DNA of 61,707 nt from the NCBI GenBank assembly GCA_048173955.1, contig DBEYOB010000149.1:1-61707 (forward strand), read 5' to 3'. Numbering within the stretch: the stretch's first letter is position 1; every line of letters begins with the position of its first letter. The notes beneath the pieces were generated by a model. The model had not been told where the DNA came from and searched no databases. It worked only from the letters and a program-made list of their open reading frames with translations. Shown here piece after piece: positions 1-7,175 of the stretch. The stretch comes from Coriobacteriales bacterium. GTDB lineage: Bacteria > Actinomycetota > Coriobacteriia > Coriobacteriales > UMGS124. The translations under genes were made by a program, and so were the position numbers.

Positions 1-1
1 G

Positions 2-442
2 GCGGCGGTCGCCGACGGGACGGCGGGGCGCGGCGCCGCGTTCCAGCCGTCCGGCGGTCAGGCCGAGGCGCCGGGCTACGAGGCGGTGCCCGACGAGGTC
101 TACGACGCGTACGACGATTCCTACGACGAGGCTCCCCTGGAACCGAGCCCCGAGGGGGCGGCGGTCGCCGCGCTGAGCGGTGCGAGCAAGCAGCCGATCC
201 CCGCGCCGGACGCCGGGTCCAAAGCGCCGGACGCATCCGCCGCCTCGGCGCCGGACGCCGGGTCGATCCCGCCGTGGGAGGCGGCCGAAGCTCCCGGCGA
301 GCCCAAGGAGGCCCCTGCGGTACGGGCGGAGGGCAACGGGGGTGCGTCCCAGGCCGGTGCCGCCGACCCGGTGGCGTCCGACCTGTCGCAGCTGCTCTCG
401 GCCGGTTTCGGAGGCTATGTCAAGGTGACCTGGGAGTCATAG
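2..442 (+). CDS. 3' end of a CDS entering from upstream of the window. Acidic, Pro/Ala-rich low-complexity C-terminal tail. Possibly the DnaX tau C-terminus, judged only from its position upstream of ybaB-recR.
   Basis: Frame 2 is open from nt 2 to TAG 440-442. Codon usage is GC3-rich like the neighbours. No recognisable domain in the visible residues. Confidence 0.45.
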   Translation, partial: AAVADGTAGRGAAFQPSGGQAEAPGYEAVPDEVYDAYDDSYDEAPLEPSPEGAAVAALSGASKQPIPAPDAGSKAPDASAASAPDAGSIPPWEAAEAPGEPKEAPAVRAEGNGGASQAGAADPVASDLSQLLSAGFGGYVKVTWES

Positions 443-476
443 CGGGCGCAGCGGGGGACACGCCTTCCGCGGGCCC

Positions 477-1241
477 CTACGCGAACGCCTGCACCACGGC
501 GCTCTCGAACGCCAGGCCGTCGAGCAGCTCGTCGGCGTCGTCGCGCTCGGGGGCGAGCGCCTCTTCGCGGGCGACTTCGCACCGTGCGAACCCGGCCGCG
601 GCAAGCTCTCCGGCAAGCTCGTCCCAGGTGGGCGCCGCGGCGAAGACGTTGCCCGTCTTCGCCAGGCGTTCGCGCACGTCGCGGGGGACGGGTTGCCGTG
701 CGAGCACGGCGTCGTGGTACAGATAGCCTCCGGGTGTGAGCACGCGGGCGATCTCGCGCAGCACGGCGCCGCGCCGCGACGTCACGTTGAGCACGCTGTT
801 GACGATGACGATGTCGAACGAGCCATCCTCGATGCCGACAGAGCGCAGGTCGTCGAGCTCGGCGCAGAGCAGGTCGAGGTGGCGCCGCCAGCCGTCGCCG
901 GCCCAGTGGTGCCCGGCCGCCCGCTCGACGGCGCGCGCGACGTTCGCGGGGTCGGGGTCGACCCCGACGACGTGCCCCGCGGCCCCCACGCGGTCGGAGA
1001 TCTTGAACGCCCCCAGCCCTTTGCGGCAGGCGAGGTCGAGCACCCGCTTGCCGGCGAGCTCCGCGTCGTCCGGCAGCACCATGACGCAGCGGGTAAAGCG
1101 CTGCGCTCCCCGCTGTGCACGGTGCGACCGCGCCTCGATGCGGTCGGGGGAGAGCCCGTCGCGGGAGTCGGCGGTACGAGCCGCGGCTCCCGACGCCGGC
1201 CCTCCGACCGTGAGCGTCTCAGCCATGTTGGACTCCGCCAT
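477..1241 (-). CDS. Class I SAM-dependent methyltransferase
   Basis: ORF 477..1250. Glycine-rich SAM motif VLDLACRKGLG, then VVGVDPDP and FDIVIVNSVLNV. Start moved to ATG 1241, which has GGAGG 8 nt upstream. Confidence 0.85.
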   Translation of the reverse strand: MAESNMAETLTVGGPASGAAARTADSRDGLSPDRIEARSHRAQRGAQRFTRCVMVLPDDAELAGKRVLDLACRKGLGAFKISDRVGAAGHVVGVDPDPANVARAVERAAGHHWAGDGWRRHLDLLCAELDDLRSVGIEDGSFDIVIVNSVLNVTSRRGAVLREIARVLTPGGYLYHDAVLARQPVPRDVRERLAKTGNVFAAAPTWDELAGELAAAGFARCEVAREEALAPERDDADELLDGLAFESAVVQAFA

Positions 1242-1312
1242 CTTAGACACCTCCGCCGTCGTGTACCGCGCGGGTCGCCCCGTGCTCTCCCTTGGTGTCA
1301 GGATAGCCCCTC

Positions 1313-2707
1313 CTACAGCGCAGCTTCCCGGTCTTCGACCAGCTTGAGCAATTCGTCACGGTTGTGTATGTCGAGCTTGCGGTAGATGTGTGCCACATGC
1401 GCCTTTACGGTCCCGTGCGTGATGCCGGTCTCGTCGGCCGCGAAAGCGCTCGTGTATCCCTGCGCGAGCACTTCGAACACCTCTCGCTCGCGCGGGGAGA
1501 GGCCGTACTCCGACGCGATAGTCGCAAAGAGCTGCTCCTCGCGCTCGGCGTTCGTTTGCGCCGCCCGGCTTTTGAAGCTGTCCTCCTGCTGGGTTCCGAC
1601 GAGGCGCGCCAAGGCGAGCGTCGAGGCAAGCACCAGGGCGAACGACGTCATGAGCAGGGCAGACTCGACCGCTCCCCCTGCAAGGGGGCGGGTCTGCCAA
1701 CCGAGTGCGGCGTCGAACCCGGTGCGCGCGGCGGATCCGAGGAGCGCTGCGACGCCGATCGCCACCTTGTCGGCGAGTGTGATGCCAAGCTCGCTGAAGC
1801 CGAGGCGCTCCTTGAGCGCGGAGAGCTGCACCGACGAGAACGTCTGCCAGGCGATCCATATTCCGGCGAGAAGGGAGGGCATCATGCTTGCCGCCCCGCC
1901 GCGGACGTGGGGCAGACACAGCATGCCCATCGCGACAAGCGTGACGGCGGGCAGCGTCGTATAGGGCGGCACGCCCAGGTGGAGCGTGGCGAACGTCGCC
2001 GCGGCGAGGGCGGCGAGCGCGAAGGCGAGCAGAAGCGGGTCGAGTCCGGGAAGGGCGAGCAGGCCGACCCAAAGGGGGAAAAGCCCCAGGGGAAATCCGA
2101 AGGCAAGGCGCTGCCCGAAGAACTTGGCGAGCTTTGCCTGCGGGCGTTCGATACTGCGCCGCGTCTGATTGCACAGGGGGATGCGCCCGCCCAACATGAG
2201 TGCCGCGGACCCGACCGTGCAGACGTCGGTCATCCAGGGGAGGGGTATGTGGGCCGCAAGGGACTGCCCCACGAGCGTCAATGCCGAGGCCATGAGCACG
2301 GCAACGATCACGCTGTTCGCGGCGAGGTATTTCTCGAGCGACGCGAAGGCGAGACCCCACAGGACCATGTTCGCCCCGAGCGTGAAGTAATCGAGTCCGG
2401 TGAGCGCAACGGCAACCGGGACCGGCAACGCAAGGCGGGCGGCGTCGAACACCAGCACGACGGTCGAGGCGATGATCATGGCGATGGGTATGCCGATGTG
2501 CGCCCTCTTGATTCCCTGCGACTTGAGAAAGAGGTAGACGCCGATGACCGATGCGAACATGAATGCGTTGGCGAGGACGTGCGCGTTCGTGCCGATCGAA
2601 GACGTGTAGTGCGGTACGGCGTCCATGAGCCGAAACGAGTATGAGGCCCAGTAGAGGCCGGCTCCTGCCGAAAGCCACAGGTTCGTTCCCGTTTTCCAGC
2701 TCTCCAT
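1313..2707 (-). CDS. Membrane-anchored LuxR-family transcriptional regulator (multi-pass N-terminal domain plus C-terminal HTH)
   Basis: C-terminal LuxR/FixJ HTH (LSPREREVFEVLAQGYTSAFAADETGITHGTVKAHVAHIYRKLDIHNRDELL), preceded by about 380 aa of hydrophobic helices. Start placed at ATG 2707 (AGGAGG 4 nt upstream). The ORF stays open up to TTG 2815. Confidence 0.85.
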   Translation of the reverse strand: MESWKTGTNLWLSAGAGLYWASYSFRLMDAVPHYTSSIGTNAHVLANAFMFASVIGVYLFLKSQGIKRAHIGIPIAMIIASTVVLVFDAARLALPVPVAVALTGLDYFTLGANMVLWGLAFASLEKYLAANSVIVAVLMASALTLVGQSLAAHIPLPWMTDVCTVGSAALMLGGRIPLCNQTRRSIERPQAKLAKFFGQRLAFGFPLGLFPLWVGLLALPGLDPLLLAFALAALAAATFATLHLGVPPYTTLPAVTLVAMGMLCLPHVRGGAASMMPSLLAGIWIAWQTFSSVQLSALKERLGFSELGITLADKVAIGVAALLGSAARTGFDAALGWQTRPLAGGAVESALLMTSFALVLASTLALARLVGTQQEDSFKSRAAQTNAEREEQLFATIASEYGLSPREREVFEVLAQGYTSAFAADETGITHGTVKAHVAHIYRKLDIHNRDELLKLVEDREAAL

Positions 2708-2804
2708 GCCGCCTCCTCGTGCCGTCTCCATGCCGCGATGTCCTCTATGCCACATTTGATGCATGCGGCGGGGCTGGTGTTGCGGCCGTCGTACGTGCGG
2801 GCGG

Positions 2805-2830
2805 TTTGCAGGCAAGGGGTTGCCTGCAAA
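2805..2830. promoter_or_regulatory. Perfect 11-4-11 inverted repeat TTTGCAGGCAA-GGGG-TTGCCTGCAAA in the divergent LuxR/flavoprotein intergenic region. Candidate operator.
   Basis: Read directly from the sequence. It lies about 100 bp upstream of the LuxR start (2707) and about 235 bp upstream of the flavoprotein start (3063), next to an AT-rich patch containing TATAGT. Confidence 0.4.
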
Positions 2831-3062
2831 ACAAATATAGTCTACATGCTGGTAAAACCTTGTCTATACCCCATAGGTTTACTGACCCCCGATGCACGTC
2901 AGAGACGCCCGGCGGGTGACTAACCGTTTTGCGATATATGCAGCGTCCCGCTTGCCCGATACCTTTTTGCGTGGAGCGCGGAGCGCGGTGCCCTGCCCTG
3001 CCGGCGGCGCCCGCAGCGCGATTCTCCCGATTGTGTTTCCCGACAAACGGAAGGGGTTCACC

Positions 3063-5105
3063 ATGGATCGCAAGATGACGAAGCTCCAGCCGATGCTCTC
3101 GAGGCGCCAGGTCCTGGGCGGCATGTTCGCCGCGGTTGCGGGGGCCTCGGTGTTCGGCATGGGACTGGGGCATGCCGTTGCCGACGACGCCGCCCCCGCC
3201 GCCCTCACCGACGGCACGTACACCTCGTCGATGCCGGCGATGAACGCCGATATCGAGGTCACCGTGACGATCGCGGACGGCAAAATCGCCGACGTCGAGG
3301 TCTCCCCCAACTCCGAGACGCCCGGCATCGGCGGGCAGCTGCTCGACAAGGACGGCAACGTCGTGACCTCGGTGGGCAAGGCCCCGGTCGACCTAATCCC
3401 CGAAAAGGTCGTGGAGGGCAACACACTCGCCGTGGACCTCGTGACCGGCGCGACAATCACCTCTGCCGCGGTCCTCTCCGCAATCAAGGACTGCGTGACC
3501 CAGGCCGGCGGCAACCCCGACGACTTCGCCACCCCGGCGAGCTACCCCGCCCATGAGGATGCCGCGGTCGACGTGGTCGTCGTCGGTGGCGGCGGAGCCG
3601 GCCTCGCCGCTGCAATCGTGGCCGCCCAGCAGGGCAAAAAGGTCGCCATCATCGAGAAGAACGGCTCGTGCGGCGGCGACACCCTCGTTTGCGGCGCGAT
3701 CTACAACTGCCCCGACGAGGAGCTGCAGTACCAGGTCGAGATGACCGACGCCGTGAAGTCCACCGTCGAAGCCGCCCTCGAGATGACGAGCGACGACCCC
3801 GACAAGCAGGCCGCCCTCGAGGCCATGCAGGAGCCTGTGCGCGCCCAGTGGGACGAGTACAAGTCGGGCGGCCGCACCGACCTGTTTGACACCAAGGAGT
3901 GGTACGCCCTCCAGACCTGGATCAACGGCGACATGGTGGCCAACCCCGAGCTCGTCAAGACGCTCACCTACAGCGCCTACGATGGCCTGCAGTGGCTCGA
4001 GGACATCGACATGGAGTTCGCCGACTCCATCAGCCAGGGCGCTGGCTCCCTGTGGCAGCGCACCCACACCTCCACGATGCAGATGGGCACCGGCTTCATC
4101 AGCACCTATGGCAAGCAGCTCGAGAACTACGCCGACTCCATCACCCTGTACGTCGAGACCACCGCGGGCGAGCTCGTGGTCGAGGACGGCAAGGTTTCCG
4201 GCGTTGTGGTGACCGACAACCACTCCGGCGCGACCTTCACGGTGACCGCGGCCGACGGTGTGATCCTGGCGACCGGCGGTTTCTCGGCCAACGGCAAGAT
4301 GGTCCAGGAGAACAACACCACCGGCAAGTGGCCGGACCTCTCCAAGACCGCGACCACCAACCGTTTCTCCTGCTCGCAGGGCGAGGGCATCACCATGGCG
4401 CGGACCGTGGGCGCCTCGCTCACCGACATGGACCAGATCCAGCTGCTCTACCTCGGCAACGTGGTGAACGGCCAAATCACCAAGTACACGCCGCGCGCCG
4501 CCAACGGCACCGACCAGATCATCTTCGTCAACAAGGAAGGCGAACGCTTCGTCCAGGAGGACGGCCGCCGCGACCAGATTTGCCTGGCCGTGCTCGAGCT
4601 GCCCGAGGGCATGTTCTACCTCATCGAGTCGGGCGACGGCGCAGGCTATGTCGACATCCACGACCCCGACTGGCGCAGCGCCGACGGCTTCACGTTCCCG
4701 TATCTCGAGGAGAACGGCTACGTGGTCTGGGACGACACGCTCGAGGGCCTCGCCGGCAAGCTCGAGATGGACGCCGCCACGCTCCAGGCCACGGTCGACG
4801 CCTTCAACGCGTCGGTCGACTCGGGCGACGACGCGTTCGGCCGCACGCTCTTCAGCACCAAGCTCGAGAACGGCCCGTGGGTGGCCACGCCGCGCCAGGC
4901 GTGCATCCACCACACCATGGGCGGCGTGACGATCGACCCCGAGGCCCGCGTGCTCGACGAATCCGGCGCCGCGATCGCCGGCCTCTACGCCGCCGGCGAG
5001 GTCACCGGCGGCATCCACGGCGGCAACCGCCTCGGCGGCAACGCCGTGGTCGACACCGTGGTGTTTGGCAAGATGGCCGCCGACACCCTCGTTGCCGACA
5101 ACTAG
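3063..5105 (+). CDS. Tat-exported FMN-binding-domain / FAD flavoprotein reductase (flavocytochrome-c fumarate-reductase or urocanate-reductase-like family)
   Basis: Twin-arginine signal (LSRRQVLGGMFAAVAGASVFG..AVA). FMN_bind-like segment (TYTSSMPAMNADIEVTVTIADGKIADVEV..AVDLVTGATITSAA). FAD fold VDVVVVGGGGAGLAAA. C-terminal HHTMGGV..GLYAAGEVTGGIHGGNRLGGNA. ATG 3063 has GGAAGGGG upstream. Confidence 0.9.
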   Translation: MDRKMTKLQPMLSRRQVLGGMFAAVAGASVFGMGLGHAVADDAAPAALTDGTYTSSMPAMNADIEVTVTIADGKIADVEVSPNSETPGIGGQLLDKDGNVVTSVGKAPVDLIPEKVVEGNTLAVDLVTGATITSAAVLSAIKDCVTQAGGNPDDFATPASYPAHEDAAVDVVVVGGGGAGLAAAIVAAQQGKKVAIIEKNGSCGGDTLVCGAIYNCPDEELQYQVEMTDAVKSTVEAALEMTSDDPDKQAALEAMQEPVRAQWDEYKSGGRTDLFDTKEWYALQTWINGDMVANPELVKTLTYSAYDGLQWLEDIDMEFADSISQGAGSLWQRTHTSTMQMGTGFISTYGKQLENYADSITLYVETTAGELVVEDGKVSGVVVTDNHSGATFTVTAADGVILATGGFSANGKMVQENNTTGKWPDLSKTATTNRFSCSQGEGITMARTVGASLTDMDQIQLLYLGNVVNGQITKYTPRAANGTDQIIFVNKEGERFVQEDGRRDQICLAVLELPEGMFYLIESGDGAGYVDIHDPDWRSADGFTFPYLEENGYVVWDDTLEGLAGKLEMDAATLQATVDAFNASVDSGDDAFGRTLFSTKLENGPWVATPRQACIHHTMGGVTIDPEARVLDESGAAIAGLYAAGEVTGGIHGGNRLGGNAVVDTVVFGKMAADTLVADN

Positions 5106-5355
5106 GTTGTTGCGGATCCCCACCGGCCGCGTTTCCCGCGGGCTCGCGTGCGCCGAGCATGCGTCGCCCGCGGGCGCCTCTCCGGCGGGGATTCGCCTTG
5201 CGCTTGTTGCGGAACCTTGGCAGCTGCGTTTTCCGCTTCTCGGATGGTGTTGCCCCTCCGCGCTGGCACGTGCGCCCTCCGTCGGGTAAAGTGTCTCGGT
5301 ACGAAAAACGCGACGGTGCGGGCGCGGGTGCGCCCCCGACGAGAGGAACGCCCTC

Positions 5356-5664
5356 ATGGATATGCAGAAGATGCTCAAGCAGGCCAAGAAGATGCAGCAG
5401 CAGCTTGCCGACGTGCAGGACGGCCTCAAGGACGTCGTCGTGGAGGCCACGGCGGGCGGCGGCATGGTGAAGGCCACCATGAGCGGCGACGGCGTGCTCC
5501 AGTCCATCACCATCGACCCGCAGGCCCTCGACCCCGAGGACGTCGAGCTGCTGCAGGACATGATCGTCGCGGCGGTGAACGAGGCGAGCAACAACGCCTC
5601 CGACGTGGCCAACCAGCGCATGGGCGCGATCACGGGCGGGCTCAACATCCCGGGCCTGTTCTAA
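5356..5664 (+). CDS. ybaB: Nucleoid-associated protein YbaB/EbfC
   Basis: 102 aa. The sequence MQKMLKQAKKMQQQLADVQDGL..VEATAGGGMVKATMSGDG..ITIDP..DPEDVELLQDMIVAAVNEA is the canonical YbaB pattern, and the gene lies directly upstream of recR. Confidence 0.95.
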   Translation: MDMQKMLKQAKKMQQQLADVQDGLKDVVVEATAGGGMVKATMSGDGVLQSITIDPQALDPEDVELLQDMIVAAVNEASNNASDVANQRMGAITGGLNIPGLF

Positions 5665-5685
5665 GCCCGAGAACCGGGAGAGACC

Positions 5686-6279
5686 GTGGCCGACGAGTCG
5701 TTCGCCAACCTGGTCGACGAGCTGGGCCGGCTGCCGGGCATCGGCCCGAAGTCGGCCCAGCGCATCGCATACTACATACTGCAGTCTGACGCGGCGTCGG
5801 TGCAGCGCCTGGCCGACGCCCTGCTCGACGTGAAGCACACGGTGCACTTTTGCCCGCGGTGCTTCAACTACGCGACGGGATCGGTGTGCTCGGTGTGCGC
5901 CGACCCGGCGCGCGACCAGACGCGCATCGCCGTGGTCGCCGAGCCGCGTGACGTGAGCGCCATCGAGCGCACCGGCGCCTACCGCGGCCTCTACCACGTG
6001 CTCGGCGGCGTCATCAGCCCCATGGACCGCGTGGGTCCCGACCAGCTCCACATCCGCGAGCTGATGGAGCGCCTGGGCACCGAGCCGATCGAGGAGGTCG
6101 TGCTCGCGACGAACCCCGACATCGAGGGGGAGACCACCGCGTCGTACCTTGCCCGGCTCATCAAGCCGCTCGGCGTCGAGGTCACGCGCCTGGCGAGTGG
6201 CCTTCCGGTCGGCGGCGACCTCGAGTACGCCGACGAGGTCACGCTCGGCCGCGCCATCGAGGCGCGCCGCGAGGTGTAG
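5686..6279 (+). CDS. recR: Recombination protein RecR
   Basis: HhH region LPGIGPKSAQRIAYYIL, Cys4 zinc finger CPRCFNYATGSVCSVC, and Toprim region IAVVAEPRDVSAIERTGAYRGLYHVLGG. GTG start. Confidence 0.95.
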   Translation: MADESFANLVDELGRLPGIGPKSAQRIAYYILQSDAASVQRLADALLDVKHTVHFCPRCFNYATGSVCSVCADPARDQTRIAVVAEPRDVSAIERTGAYRGLYHVLGGVISPMDRVGPDQLHIRELMERLGTEPIEEVVLATNPDIEGETTASYLARLIKPLGVEVTRLASGLPVGGDLEYADEVTLGRAIEARREV

Positions 6280-6327
6280 GGGGCGCGCGGCCCCGCCGCT
6301 TCCGTACGAGACGAAGGAGCTCCGCCC

Positions 6328-6861
6328 ATGCCCGTCGACAAGCGCAACATCATCCTGGTGGGGATGCCCGCCGCCGGCAAATCGACGCTGGGCGTGCTGC
6401 TCGCCAAGCAGCTGCGCTACAACTTCGCCGACTCGGACATCGCGATCCAGGTCGAAAACGACGGCACGCTGGCCGAGCTCATCGCGGCCCACGGCAACGA
6501 CGCGCTGCTCGCCATGGAGGCGAAGGTCCTCGGGGAGATCCAGCCCACGCGCACGGTGCTCGCCACCGGCGGCAGCGCCGTCTACAGCGCCGATGCGATG
6601 GCGCACCTCAAGACGACCGGCCCGGTGGTGTACCTGCGCGTCGCCTACGACGAGGTCGCCCGCCGGGTGGGCGACGTGGTGGCGCGCGGCGTGGTGATGC
6701 CGGCAGGCTACACGTTCCGCGACCTGTATGACGAGCGCTGCGCCCTCTACGAGAGGTACGCCGACGTGGTCGTGGACACTACGGGTGTCTCGGCGGGACG
6801 CTCGACCGACCTCGTCGCGCGCGCAGTCAACGCGTGGCTGCGGGAGCATCCGGCGGATTAG
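6328..6861 (+). CDS. aroK: Shikimate kinase
   Basis: P-loop NIILVGMPAAGKSTLG, then SD in FADSDIAIQ, then LATGGSAVYS. 177 aa, with GAAGGAG upstream. Confidence 0.85.
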   Translation: MPVDKRNIILVGMPAAGKSTLGVLLAKQLRYNFADSDIAIQVENDGTLAELIAAHGNDALLAMEAKVLGEIQPTRTVLATGGSAVYSADAMAHLKTTGPVVYLRVAYDEVARRVGDVVARGVVMPAGYTFRDLYDERCALYERYADVVVDTTGVSAGRSTDLVARAVNAWLREHPAD

Positions 6862-6948
6862 TGGCTAGAGGCCGGCGGCGATCGGCGCAGGGTCGACTGA
6901 AAACGGCGATATTCGATATCCAGGCCAGGGGTCGCGCCGTCGTGTCAG

Positions 6949-6992
6949 GAAAATCGCGCCCGCCTGGCCAAAAAGCTCGATCGTGAAGAGCA
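6949..6992. repeat. Solo arm of the dispersed intergenic repeat family (GAAAATCG..CTGGCCAAAAAGCTCGATCGTGAAGAGCA)
   Basis: Near-identical 43-44 nt copy at 24967..25009. Lies in the aroK/peptidase intergenic region. Confidence 0.7.
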
Positions 6993-7175
6993 TCGGGTCG
7001 ACTGGACGCCTGGTTGGCGACAGCCCACCGGGCGTTTTGCTGGCGAAGAAAAGGCTGCTGCCCGCAGCGGCCGCTCGTTCCCCGACGGCCTCCGCTTTCG
7101 CCCTGCTTGCGCTCGCTCGGCTCCGGTGTATCCTATCGCCGTACGAAACCCGCGCGACAAAGGAGGCACCCCGCC

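Noticed and set aside
2892-3062. N-terminal extensions offered by the ORF track for many genes. Examples: 2892 vs 3063, 7014 vs 7176, 9257 vs 9356, 14962 vs 15001, 23536 vs 23893, 27471 vs 27216, 39859 vs 39526, 42486 vs 42399, 59862 vs 59721.
   Set aside because: The extensions are Arg/Pro-rich and lack an RBS. For the exported proteins, they would bury the Tat or signal peptide. The internal ATG, GTG or TTG codons have Shine-Dalgarno matches at 4-11 nt.
5135-5174. Hairpin CCCGCGGGC-N22-GCCCGCGGG after the first flavoprotein gene, as a possible terminator.
   Set aside because: The loop is long (22 nt) and there is no U-tract. Such GC palindromes are frequent by chance in this composition.
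3393-5648. Very long ORFs antisense to, or out of frame with, well-supported genes. Examples: 3393..5648(-), 5002..6849(-), 6945..9305(-), 10327..12126(-), 14875..18003(-), 20324..23599(-), 43837..46668(-), 45285..47507(+), 57874..59850(+), 34125..35423(-).
   Set aside because: These are typical shadow ORFs of about 65-70% GC DNA. Their translations are Arg/Gly/Ala/Pro/His-rich with no recognisable motifs. The overlapping frame carries clear domain signatures, an RBS and sensible starts.
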